This document shows positions 19,636 to 29,337 of a stretch of 64,000 nucleotides of DNA, piece after piece. The translations under genes and the position numbers were made by a program. The notes under the pieces are model-generated. The model had not been told where the DNA came from and made no database searches. It was given only the letters and a program-made list of their open reading frames with translations. Location of the stretch: assembly GCA_032128875.1 (NCBI GenBank), contig JAVLKG010000006.1:64001-128000 (forward strand), written 5' to 3'. The DNA is from Candidatus Melainabacteria bacterium 17Bon1m (GTDB lineage Bacteria > Cyanobacteriota > Vampirovibrionia > Obscuribacterales > Obscuribacteraceae). The first letter of the stretch is position 1. Each line of letters begins with the position of its first letter.

Positions 19636-20790
19636 ATGGTTTCTCACGCGTATATACATATTCCTTTTTGCAGTCACAAGTGTGATTTCTGCGATTTTGC
19701 TGCCTTCGCCGGCGTCGATCATCTAACCGATGAATATGAGCAGGTGGTGCTTAAAGAAATCGACGATCGGCTGAAGACACTTAAGGAAAAACGAGGAGAT
19801 CTCGATCAGGAGCGCATGCGCTCAGTTTTCTTTGGTGGAGGAACGCCAGGTCTTGTAGAACCGAAAGTGCTCGGATCTATGCTCGAAAAACTGCACGGGC
19901 ATATAAAACCGGCTGCCGACTGTGAAATCACAATTGAAACTACTCCGCACGCTATCACGCGTGAGAAGTTAGAACAGTGGAAAAACCTTGGAATTAACCG
20001 GATTTCGGTCGGAGTGGAATCTTTTCTGGATGAAGAGTTGCGAGCGATGGGGCGCGACCACTATCGTCAGGAAGCCTTTCAGGGGCTGGAATTGGCTTGC
20101 CAGTCCGGGGTTGAGGTGGTCGGTCTTGATCTAATGTACGGTCTGCCCACTCAAAGTGTCGAAAGTTTCGCGAAGAGCCTGGCTTGCGCTGTGGAGTTCG
20201 CCGGACGGTTCGACAATCTGCAGCACATATCTGCTTACGGCTTGCATCTGGCGGATAATTCTCCTCTTTATTCGCGCTTTCCCAGAGGTGGCGAGGCATA
20301 TCCTGCCGATAACATTTACGTGCAGATGTTTGAGCTTTTAGTAGAAACTTTGGAGCGTGCCGGTTTTGAACACTACGAAGTGTCGAATTTTGCTCGACCA
20401 GGGCGAGAATCCCGGCACAATTTGGCTTACTGGAAAAACGCCGAGTATCTGGCATTTGGAGTCAGTGCTCACCGCTATTTGGACGGCGTTCGTTCTTCGA
20501 ACTGGCGGTCGCTGAAGCGCTATATGCGTGATTGGCTGGGCGATGAGACTGTCGACGTAATCGATGCGGATACCAGATTGCGAGAGTCCATAATGCTCGG
20601 ACTGCGGCTCAGGCGAGGCATCGACCTGGAAGCCTTTCAAAAGGAGCACGGCTTTGATCTTTCCTCCAAGTTCAGAAACGAAATTGAAAAATTTGCTGAC
20701 GCCGGGCTCATGGAAAAGCGCGAAGGGCGGCTTTTCTTAACTCGCAAGGGTGTGCCGGTCAGCAATAGCGTGATTTCTGCATTCTTTTGA
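19636..20790 (+). CDS. hemW: Radical SAM heme chaperone HemW (HemN-like)
   Basis: YIHIPFCSHKCDFCDF (CxxxCxxC), FFGGGTP, YEVSNFA, HNLAYW (HNxxYW is typical of HemW). Confidence 0.9.
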   Translation: MVSHAYIHIPFCSHKCDFCDFAAFAGVDHLTDEYEQVVLKEIDDRLKTLKEKRGDLDQERMRSVFFGGGTPGLVEPKVLGSMLEKLHGHIKPAADCEITIETTPHAITREKLEQWKNLGINRISVGVESFLDEELRAMGRDHYRQEAFQGLELACQSGVEVVGLDLMYGLPTQSVESFAKSLACAVEFAGRFDNLQHISAYGLHLADNSPLYSRFPRGGEAYPADNIYVQMFELLVETLERAGFEHYEVSNFARPGRESRHNLAYWKNAEYLAFGVSAHRYLDGVRSSNWRSLKRYMRDWLGDETVDVIDADTRLRESIMLGLRLRRGIDLEAFQKEHGFDLSSKFRNEIEKFADAGLMEKREGRLFLTRKGVPVSNSVISAFF

Positions 20791-20918
20791 GGCGTTCGCA
20801 GGGTTTCATTTCCTTAACTTTTGGTAATCTCGGAGCCATTCATACTTTCGAGTGAGGAGGCTCAGCTATCCCCGAAGAGATTAACGGCATATATATAGGG
20901 GTATGGAGTTCTCGGTCT

Positions 20919-22550
20919 ATGACTTTTACTAGGAGCGCAAAAAGCGCGTTGAAGAGCTGCCCTGAGTGTTTTAGCGAGTTTGAAGACTCCGTGGACGTTT
21001 GTCCTACGGATGCAACCAAGCTGCAGACTGTGTCTAAGGACCCTCTAGTCGGCACCACGCTTGATGATCGCTATTTGATCGAAGGTGTTATCGGCCGCGG
21101 CGGCATGGGCGTCGTCTACCGGGCTCGCCAGCAAAACATGGACAAGGACATGGCGATAAAGATGCTTTATTCGCACAAAGTGTCCGAACCTGAGGCAATC
21201 AAACGTTTTCACCGTGAGGCGAAAACAGTTACAGCTGTTCGCCACCACCATATCATCAACCTCTACGACTTCGGCATGTACCAAAACCAGCCGTATTTGG
21301 TGATGGACTATCTGGAAGGCAAAAGTCTCAAAGACATTCTCAAAGAAGAAGGCGCACTGTCATTCGAGCGTGCCGGACGCGTTTTTACACAAGTCTTAGA
21401 AGCGCTGGCATCGGCACATGAATCGAATCTGGTGCACCGCGATTTGAAGCCTGAGAACATCATGCTCAGCCGCCACAACAACCAGGACGACTGGGTCACG
21501 CTCATCGATTTCGGTTTGTCGAAAATTATCGAATCGGGCGACGGCTCTATGGACCACGTCAATATCACCAAGGTTGGTGACGTTTGCGGAAGTCCGCCCT
21601 ATATGTGCCCTGAGCAATGTTTGTCTTCAACTGTAGTCGACCCGAGAAGCGATCTTTATTCGCTTGGTGTCGTCATCTATGAATCCCTATCTCTCAAACT
21701 TCCGTTTAACGCTAAATCGGCAATTGAAATGTTGGACTGTCACCTATATGCGACGCCAATTCCTTTCAACTTTTCAATTCCTGAAATGAAGGTGTGCTCG
21801 GAAATGACCCGTGTGCTGAACACCGCGATGGAAAAGGATCCGGAAAAACGCTATCAGAACGCACAAGAGTTTTTGGAGAAATTTCAAGAAGCGGTAAAAC
21901 GCGATGGCGTTAAGCATCGGGCGATGAAGCACAGAGAAGAAGTTGCTCAATTCCACGGTTTGATGGAAGAAGCAAAAGCAATTCGCGATAGCGAGCACAA
22001 ACGCACGTCTGACGAGATGGACCGTCTTGCTGTTGAAACGATTGCCGCTGCCGAAAAGGCGGCTGCGTCACCAGAACAGCAGGCGCTTGCTTTGGCTGAA
22101 GTAGCTGGCGATGAGATTGAGGGTGAATGCCCTTATTGTGGTGCTGCCGTGACCACTGCGCTGAAGTTTTGCGCTAATTGCCAGCGTCAATTGCTGGGCT
22201 CCGAACCAAAAGGTCTGGGTGCTTCGAGAACTCGACCTGGTGCGGCTCGCCCACTGCACAAGACAACAGAACATTCAGTTGGTTTTTCCTCCCGCGCCAA
22301 AGAGCAAATGGGTAATTCGATGGGCGGTTTGACGACCGTGCAGAAGGCGCTCAGCATGCTTTTGGTCATTGTTGTTGTCTATGGTTGCTACGCCGTGACC
22401 ACCAACGATGAAGTGATAAAATCCATTAACCGAGTCATGTCCTCAATGCAGAATAAGCCGGAGACGGAGGAAACAACCACGACTCCTGATGCAAATCCTG
22501 GTGCGAAACCAGCTGCTGGAACGAAGCCTGCGGTCCCAAGCAAAAAATAA
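20919..22550 (+). CDS. Hanks-type Ser/Thr protein kinase with zinc ribbons and C-terminal TM helix
   Basis: N-terminal CPEC...CPTD, GRGGMGVVY, HRDLKPEN, DFG, GSPPYMCPEQ, later CPYCG...CANC and a TM helix. Confidence 0.93.
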   Translation: MTFTRSAKSALKSCPECFSEFEDSVDVCPTDATKLQTVSKDPLVGTTLDDRYLIEGVIGRGGMGVVYRARQQNMDKDMAIKMLYSHKVSEPEAIKRFHREAKTVTAVRHHHIINLYDFGMYQNQPYLVMDYLEGKSLKDILKEEGALSFERAGRVFTQVLEALASAHESNLVHRDLKPENIMLSRHNNQDDWVTLIDFGLSKIIESGDGSMDHVNITKVGDVCGSPPYMCPEQCLSSTVVDPRSDLYSLGVVIYESLSLKLPFNAKSAIEMLDCHLYATPIPFNFSIPEMKVCSEMTRVLNTAMEKDPEKRYQNAQEFLEKFQEAVKRDGVKHRAMKHREEVAQFHGLMEEAKAIRDSEHKRTSDEMDRLAVETIAAAEKAAASPEQQALALAEVAGDEIEGECPYCGAAVTTALKFCANCQRQLLGSEPKGLGASRTRPGAARPLHKTTEHSVGFSSRAKEQMGNSMGGLTTVQKALSMLLVIVVVYGCYAVTTNDEVIKSINRVMSSMQNKPETEETTTTPDANPGAKPAAGTKPAVPSKK

Positions 22551-22605
22551 TTTTGTAATTTGGTTTCTAGCTGCTGTTGCAATTCCAGTGGCTTTGCGAG
22601 CCAAT

Positions 22606-24486
22606 TCAGCGCGTTCCACGAGCCAACTCAGCGCGTTCTACGAGCGTTTTTGCTTCGCGCTTGTGCTCTTCTTGATCACAACCTTCGTATATTTTGTGTG
22701 CGCAATCGACCAACTCTTCGCCGTTTGTCCCCTTGTGTGACTCTTCAATGAGAATGGCTCTTTCCAGGGCGCGGTGCGCTTCTTCAATCTTTCCTTGAGC
22801 TAAGAAATTCTTTGCTGCCGTTGTGAAATACTCTGAGTATTTTTTAGCTGAGGCCTTATCGAGGTCGTCTAAATCAAGTGACGTCTGAAAGTTTGTTCTT
22901 TCTGATTTGCTGTGACCGTCAATTTTTGCAACTGCCTCTATGCGCTTAGTATCAGCTTCGGCTATGTTCAGTTTTACCTTCGCCGCTTCATCGGTCCGAC
23001 CGGTATCTTCGTACATTTTCAATAGCGCAAGTTCGCTTTTTATATAGCGGTCGCCCTGATCTCCGAAAGCCTCAGCGTCTTTTGCAGCCTTTTGATAGTG
23101 TTGTTCTGCGGCATTCCAATCTTTACTCTTTGCTGCACTATCACCTTGAGCGAGTTCAAACTGCCAGAGTAGTTTTTGAAAAACTGGACCTCTATCTTCG
23201 TCTGGACCGGGCCAGGCAAGAAGCAATGCACCAGTAACGAGCCCTCCGCCTAAAAGTGCATAGAGCCAGTAAATATATTGGTTTAGCCGCTTGCGTTCCC
23301 GCTCTTGTCTTTCATTGAGACTGATAGCGTCTACCACTAGATTTTGCAGGCTTTTCTTTTCGTCCGCTTCTTTCTGCTGGCGGGCTAGAATTTCATCGTC
23401 GGCAGCACCGGCACCACCTGTAGAATCGCTTTGCTCGCTTGCTGTGCCTGTGTTGAATACGTCAGGTTGATACGCCGACTGCTGTTGTGATGCCAGATGG
23501 AGCTGCGAACCCTTTGCCGCCTCCAGCAATGACTTTTTCAGCTCTTCAACGTTTTGTTGTCTCTGCTCTGGATTTTTGCTCAGCGCTTTTGTAACCAGTT
23601 CGTCCAGCAAGCCAGGAATTGTCAGTTCCGGCGCTATTCCTCTTAAGGTAAGAGTCGGCTCGTTGACCTGCTTATTCATAGTCTCAAACGGACTTGCACC
23701 CACATGCGGGGGCGTGCCGGTTAGACACTCATACAAGACACAGCCGAGCGAATAGATGTCCGAACGAGCATCGATCTTGCCTCCGGTGCATTGTTCGGGG
23801 CTCATGTAGAGGGGACTTCCGAATACCTCGCCGTCTTTTGTCAGTTTTTGATCTTTATTGTCTTCACCCAACATTTTGGCGATGCCGAAATCAAGAATTT
23901 TGACCACGTCTCTTGCCTCGGCATCTTGCACGAGGAAAATATTTCCAGCTTTCAAATCGCGGTGTACGATTCCCTTTTTGTGCAAAACGCTCAATCCATC
24001 ACAGACTTGCAGAAAAATGTTGACGGCTCTTTCGGGCGTAATTATGGTGGAAGCTAAAAGAACATCGGCAAGACTTTCACCTTGCAATAGCTCAGTGATG
24101 AGATACGGCTTTGATTCGTTAAAGGTTCCGAAATCAAATACTTGAACGATATTTGGATGTTTGAGCCCGCTGAGTGTTTTTGCTTCTTTTGTAAAACGCT
24201 CCATGTGCAGCGGATCGCTAACCAAAGCTGAATTGAGGATTTTGATTGCAACCAAACTATCCATCAATGTATGACGAGCTTTGTAGACGGTACTCATACC
24301 GCCGCGACCAATGACGGCGAGTATTTCGTACTTTTCAGCAAAAATAGAGCCCAGTAGAGGGTCTGGTCTCACTGGCATAAGCATTCCGCCATCGATAGGA
24401 CAGACAGGCGTTCCTTTCGAATAGGAGGTCTGACACTTCGTACAGGTAAGTGTCATGCTCTGTTGCGCTTGGTTGTCTAAATCCAC
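22606..24486 (-). CDS. Hanks-type Ser/Thr protein kinase with TM helix and TPR-like external domain
   Basis: CTKC...CPIDG, GRGGMSTVY, HRDLKAGN, DFGIAK, GSPLYMSPEQ, TM helix, helical repeats. Confidence 0.93.
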   Translation of the reverse strand: MDLDNQAQQSMTLTCTKCQTSYSKGTPVCPIDGGMLMPVRPDPLLGSIFAEKYEILAVIGRGGMSTVYKARHTLMDSLVAIKILNSALVSDPLHMERFTKEAKTLSGLKHPNIVQVFDFGTFNESKPYLITELLQGESLADVLLASTIITPERAVNIFLQVCDGLSVLHKKGIVHRDLKAGNIFLVQDAEARDVVKILDFGIAKMLGEDNKDQKLTKDGEVFGSPLYMSPEQCTGGKIDARSDIYSLGCVLYECLTGTPPHVGASPFETMNKQVNEPTLTLRGIAPELTIPGLLDELVTKALSKNPEQRQQNVEELKKSLLEAAKGSQLHLASQQQSAYQPDVFNTGTASEQSDSTGGAGAADDEILARQQKEADEKKSLQNLVVDAISLNERQERERKRLNQYIYWLYALLGGGLVTGALLLAWPGPDEDRGPVFQKLLWQFELAQGDSAAKSKDWNAAEQHYQKAAKDAEAFGDQGDRYIKSELALLKMYEDTGRTDEAAKVKLNIAEADTKRIEAVAKIDGHSKSERTNFQTSLDLDDLDKASAKKYSEYFTTAAKNFLAQGKIEEAHRALERAILIEESHKGTNGEELVDCAHKIYEGCDQEEHKREAKTLVERAELARGTR

Positions 24487-24672
24487 GCTGCGCCTCGCAA
24501 CTAAGCTCCGTTAATCAATCATAACCTCAAACGAGAGCCGAAAGCTTTATGAGCCCTGGAGGGGACATGTGCAATCTTTGTGACTTCAGTCGGTGAATTA
24601 GATTGAGTTCAGCCGTGCAAATTAAACACAGGTCATTTAGCTGCGTTCTTCTGTCTTGATGGAAGGGAAAGA

Positions 24673-24975
24673 CTAGCTTGGCTCCCAGGTGCCGTTTTTC
24701 ATGTCTTTTCCAAGACGGAAACCATGAATCAAATTGGCTCTGGTTAATTGATAGATTTCGTGAAGAGCATCAGTGTCGTCGATGCCATGTTTTGTCGACA
24801 TAGCATTGACCTGCTGCATTGCTACAGCAGAGAAATACACAAAGACCTCGTCTCTCACTTCTCCGCGCCCCTGGTTGGGCAGGCGTAGCACAGCGCGTCC
24901 GAAATCATTATTGACGGCTTCCACAAGCTCGTGTGTCAGTGAATCGCCGTAAAAGGTATCCGCTTTCTTACCCAT
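24673..24975 (-). CDS. Hypothetical protein
   Basis: 100-aa ORF with SD (AAGAGG) and natural composition. Confidence 0.65.
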   Translation of the reverse strand: MGKKADTFYGDSLTHELVEAVNNDFGRAVLRLPNQGRGEVRDEVFVYFSAVAMQQVNAMSTKHGIDDTDALHEIYQLTRANLIHGFRLGKDMKNGTWEPS

Positions 24976-25085
24976 TGAATCCTCTTAGTTCAAAAGTCAG
25001 CGCCACAGGCTTCGACTTTTCGTCTACATGATCTTTTTGAAAGAATCGTTCTTAAACAATCGCGCTTAGTATCTGGCGATTTAGA

Positions 25086-25706
25086 TCAATTATCGAGGGC
25101 GTCCAACGCTCTTCGTATTTCCTTGATGTCTTGCCACATCAGCCATTTGGGGCTTCCGACCTCTCTCGATTCATTTCTCAAAAGAAAGGAAGGGTGAAAC
25201 ACGGGCATTACTTTAGCACCGTTTTTGATGTCAAACCATTTACCGCGAATACGACTTATCGGATCCTTAACCTGCAAAACGCCCTGCACAGCGGTCGATC
25301 CAGCCAATACGATCAATTTTGGTTTAACAAATTCAATCTGAGCTTCAAGAAATGATCGGCATGCTTCCATCTCATCTTTGCTCGGAACCCTGTTGCCTGG
25401 CGGGCGGCACTTAACCATGTTGCATATATAAGTATCTTTTTTGCGATCAATGTTTACGGAAGAAAGAATTTTGTCTAATAGTTGACCCGCGCGTCCAACA
25501 AATGGCAGGCCTAATTCGTCTTCTCTTTGCCCTGGACCTTCACCAATAATCATCAATTTCGCATTTTGATTACCATCTGCAAAAACAACGTTCTGCCGTG
25601 TCTCGCAAAGACGACATGCTTGGCAGACTGCAGCAGCAGATGCGGCTTCTTCTAGTGATGTTATGACGGTGAGAGCAGAAACTTCGAGCGAAAGTTGCTG
25701 GGTCAT
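25086..25706 (-). CDS. Family 4 uracil-DNA glycosylase ([4Fe-4S] type)
   Basis: CQACRLC, IIGEGPG, PFVGRAG, KCRPPGNR, FHPSFLLR. Confidence 0.93.
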   Translation of the reverse strand: MTQQLSLEVSALTVITSLEEAASAAAVCQACRLCETRQNVVFADGNQNAKLMIIGEGPGQREDELGLPFVGRAGQLLDKILSSVNIDRKKDTYICNMVKCRPPGNRVPSKDEMEACRSFLEAQIEFVKPKLIVLAGSTAVQGVLQVKDPISRIRGKWFDIKNGAKVMPVFHPSFLLRNESREVGSPKWLMWQDIKEIRRALDALDN

Positions 25707-26758
25707 GTCGTAGCCGGCACCATATTCGGAGTCACAGTGGTTGTGTTGACTGCATGTTCTACCAGAGTGATTACTGGTGAAGTCATAGTCAACTCGTCTA
25801 CTGTAATACCGTTTACGGTGTCGAGCGGATAACCTAGGCAGATTTTAGCTGTCTCGCGAAAACGTGATGGATCGCCAGTTGTATATATGTGCGAGCGAGA
25901 AATTTTTGCGTGTGCGTTCGTATATGTAGAAGATTTTTCTTCGATATTCGCCGCATCTAAATGAGCCGCCGCTTGCGGATTTGCAGAGGCAATCGATTTT
26001 GCAATCGAGTTGGCGAGTAGAACTGCTGGATCTATTAACTGAATTCTGTCTTGCAATAAGCGTGTAAGAGCTGCATCAACAAAAGGAAAATGGGTGCAAC
26101 CAAGGATGACTGCCTCGGTGTTCTCTTTCAAAAGTTTGTCTGCGTATTTTTTCAACACCGCATCCATTTCTTTTGACTCGCTCAAACCACGCTCGATTAG
26201 CGGCACGAGATCAGGGCAGGCAATTTCAGTGACGCGTTTATGCGAATCTCTTTCGTGAATAGCTTTTGAAAAGGCTTTGCGTTTTACAGTCGTCGATGTC
26301 GCAATCACACCGATTCGGTCGAATTTGGACGCAACCAAATCCGCTGTCACCCCGATCAAATCGATAACAGGAACATTGGCCGTCTTGCGGACTTCATCGC
26401 CGGCTACGGCCGCGCTGGTGTTGCAGGCAATGACGATGGAATCGACTGTTTGATTGGATATCCAGTGGACTATTTGCGATACGAAATGTGATATTTCGCC
26501 TGCGGAACGGTCACCATATGGGCATCTGGCCGTATCGCCCACATAGACGAAGGAGTGGGCGCTGGCGCCGAGACGATGTGAAAGTTGGCGAAGAACGGAT
26601 AATCCACCGAGCCCTGAATCAAAAAGACCGATCCGGGCGCCCTGCCCAATCGCGTCTCCATCTGCCTGATGATTTTGTTTAACTGACAAGTCCGGCCTCT
26701 GGTACCCTTTGAAACTTTCAAAAGCAAGTTTCGACCCAACATTATGATTCTCAACCAA
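25703..26758 (-). CDS. murI: Glutamate racemase
   Basis: IGLFDSGLGGLSV, GDTARCPYG, VIACNTS, ILGCTHFP. Confidence 0.95.
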   Translation of the reverse strand: MVENHNVGSKLAFESFKGYQRPDLSVKQNHQADGDAIGQGARIGLFDSGLGGLSVLRQLSHRLGASAHSFVYVGDTARCPYGDRSAGEISHFVSQIVHWISNQTVDSIVIACNTSAAVAGDEVRKTANVPVIDLIGVTADLVASKFDRIGVIATSTTVKRKAFSKAIHERDSHKRVTEIACPDLVPLIERGLSESKEMDAVLKKYADKLLKENTEAVILGCTHFPFVDAALTRLLQDRIQLIDPAVLLANSIAKSIASANPQAAAHLDAANIEEKSSTYTNAHAKISRSHIYTTGDPSRFRETAKICLGYPLDTVNGITVDELTMTSPVITLVEHAVNTTTVTPNMVPATT

Positions 26759-26864
26759 AGCTCTTAGACTATGGTTGGCACAAGTTTATGTTTTTGTTTT
26801 ATTCACTTTAACTTTCCAAGGGACCGTTTTAGGAGGGCAAAGTTCCCCTTAGAAAAGTCTCTGT

Positions 26865-28922
26865 CTAGAAGGATGACTTAACGGATTTGCCAGCCAGTTC
26901 TTGCTTTTCGGTCAGAAACTGGGTTATGCCGGCCGAAACGGAGTCGGCGATCTTCGCCTGGTAGTCTGCCGAGCCAAGATTGTCTCTTTCTTGCGGATTC
27001 GAGATGAAACCCACTTCAGCCAGGATTGCCGGAACTGGGGTGTGGTTGATCACGTAAAAACGAGCTTTTCTAACAGAGCGGTCCGGAACGCCCAGCCCCT
27101 GGACCAATTGCTGGTGGATGGCGTTTGCCAGCGCGCGACTTTGCTCGGTTTGATAATAGGTTTCTATCCCGTAAATGTTCGATGTGCTTTCCAGAGCATT
27201 TATATGAATGCTAACGAACAAATCAGGCTGCTTTTCGTTGGTGATTTTTACGCGGTCTTCTAATGAGACGAAAGTATCGTCGGTGCGCGTCATAACGACT
27301 CTTGCACCCATTTGTGTCAGTCGTTTTTTTAGCTGATTGGTGATTTGAAGTGTCAGATCCTTCTCTGAAACGCCGGACCTTTGAGCGCCGGGATCGCTTC
27401 CGCCGTGCCCCGCATCCAGAACGATCAGTTTGTCTTTTACTAAGCCGGCCTTCAAACCGACCGGCAGAGGAGAGCTCGAAGATGGTCTGATTTTGAGGCT
27501 CAATCCCATACCGTTTTCGACTAAATCGTCTGCCACATCGACAGTATTGTCTTTGAGATCTAGGACGAGTCTATGCGTCAAACCCGTGTCGTCCGGTGTT
27601 CCTGTTCGCATTCCTTTGAGAAGCAGCTCGTCTGCCAGTGACGGCAGTTGCGCTGTTTGAAGCGCAGGCAGTCCGTCAAAATCAATCACGTAACGTTCCG
27701 GCTCGTGTAGTCGGAAAATTTTGTAATTCAGCTTTTTGTCCGCTTTCACTAAAACATCAGTGGCACCGTTGTCTCTTAATTGATCGACATCGTTAACTGT
27801 TACTGTGACTTGTCCTGCATCGCGCATCTCATTTGAAACTTCTGTGTCTGGCGCAGCGGAAGCATATTCAGTTTTGGAATTAGGATCGAAAGAAGGTGCA
27901 GGTTTTACTGAATTACTCTTGTTGGCTGATTCGCTGGAAGTTTCGCTTGTACGGGAAGACGGGAAATTCAGCTTCAACCAGCGTGCAACCGCGGATGGTG
28001 GCTTTTGCCCACCTTTTTCTTCATTGAATTTGGGCTCTTCAATGGCAGAATTTTGAGGGACAGTTGCACCCGTAGATTTGTAGAGGACTTCTCCCGGCGT
28101 CTTTGTTTGACGTTTTGCTTCCCAAATGCCAGATGGAGAGCTATTTGGCGCTATCCATTTTTTGTTTTCAGGATCTTGCATATCAGGCAGTTTTTGCGCC
28201 TTGATCTCTGGAGCTGCTAAGGGTTTTTTGACGCTTCTTACAGACACATCCTTGGCTGGTTTGGCACCAATAGTAGTGCTGTAGGTGGAAACCTGTTCTT
28301 GCGCCTTGCGGTAATCGGGAGCAACCGGAGCTACTGCAATCGGTTCCTGAGAGGCGCTCAGCGGCAAGTTTTTTATGCGCTTATTCGTATTATCTGCCGC
28401 TTTGTTTGATTGCAGAGCATGGTTGCCCGTTGCATTAGGGTGAGTGGCTTGAGCCGGAGCGCCTGGAGTCCACTTCATTATTAAAGCGCCGGGACGGGCA
28501 TGGAAAGCAATCGTGCGAAACGCCTTGGCGTTGAATGCTCCAATTGAAATTCTCATTGTGGGCGGCTGGCTGCTGAACTGCCCGATGCGAATTTCCTGAA
28601 TGCCGTTTTGTCTCCAGGCATCAAGAGCGAGATTTTCTGGTTTCAATAGATGGGTGGCCAGCTGATAAGAAACACCTTCGAAATCAGCCACCAATAAAGT
28701 TTTTCCATCCGGACCAGGAAGATATTGGATCTGCGGCGCCGGCAGAGGATTTTTTGAGTTGGTGGAAATAGTTATCGAGCCGTGAGCAAGATCCGGAGCA
28801 ACCGAAACTACTTTGTCAGCGGCAGAGACAGGAAATGTCTGCCCGTAGGTAAGCGGGCAAGCGATAGTCAACAAGGATGAGAGAGTCAGGAAACAGGCAT
28901 GAGCACCAGATTTCCAGGACAT
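26865..28922 (-). CDS. amiC: N-acetylmuramoyl-L-alanine amidase (Amidase_3) with AMIN-like domains
   Basis: Signal peptide, AMIN-like segments (PERYVIDF), LDAGHGGSDPGA, EKDLTL, FVSIHIN, LAEVGFISN. Confidence 0.92.
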   Translation of the reverse strand: MSWKSGAHACFLTLSSLLTIACPLTYGQTFPVSAADKVVSVAPDLAHGSITISTNSKNPLPAPQIQYLPGPDGKTLLVADFEGVSYQLATHLLKPENLALDAWRQNGIQEIRIGQFSSQPPTMRISIGAFNAKAFRTIAFHARPGALIMKWTPGAPAQATHPNATGNHALQSNKAADNTNKRIKNLPLSASQEPIAVAPVAPDYRKAQEQVSTYSTTIGAKPAKDVSVRSVKKPLAAPEIKAQKLPDMQDPENKKWIAPNSSPSGIWEAKRQTKTPGEVLYKSTGATVPQNSAIEEPKFNEEKGGQKPPSAVARWLKLNFPSSRTSETSSESANKSNSVKPAPSFDPNSKTEYASAAPDTEVSNEMRDAGQVTVTVNDVDQLRDNGATDVLVKADKKLNYKIFRLHEPERYVIDFDGLPALQTAQLPSLADELLLKGMRTGTPDDTGLTHRLVLDLKDNTVDVADDLVENGMGLSLKIRPSSSSPLPVGLKAGLVKDKLIVLDAGHGGSDPGAQRSGVSEKDLTLQITNQLKKRLTQMGARVVMTRTDDTFVSLEDRVKITNEKQPDLFVSIHINALESTSNIYGIETYYQTEQSRALANAIHQQLVQGLGVPDRSVRKARFYVINHTPVPAILAEVGFISNPQERDNLGSADYQAKIADSVSAGITQFLTEKQELAGKSVKSSF

Positions 28923-29337
28923 GAGACCACCTTAACTATTGACCTTCAGGTCATGATAACACGTCATTCTGCTGTTCGTGGTGGCATTTTGTATGTCGCT
29001 TGAGACGGTGATTAAATGAAGCCCTATATTCGCTTGATATCAGTGTGCCACCACATGTGAGGCACAAATAAAATTGAGCTTTCCTCATGTGGGCCGTCGT
29101 TTGCTCTTAACCTGATAAATTAAATTCCGTAGTTTCGAGTGCAGTCGCTTTATTTCATACCCCCAGCGATCTGCCAGTCAGGATGCGAATCTCACCAGCA
29201 AAATTTGTTGCCAAGATCCGCTTTCCCGAATCTGCATAACTGACCAGAATCTATTCGACCGAGTTTCGGTCCGACTATTAGTCAAGCGGTTCAGTGTTTT
29301 TTACAAACAAATCAGCTTCTAAAGGGAGTTTTCCAAA

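Noticed and set aside
26776-26792. TGGCAC... as a sigma-54 promoter
   Set aside because: The -12 TTGC element is missing at the required spacing, and the orientation is opposite to the flanking genes.
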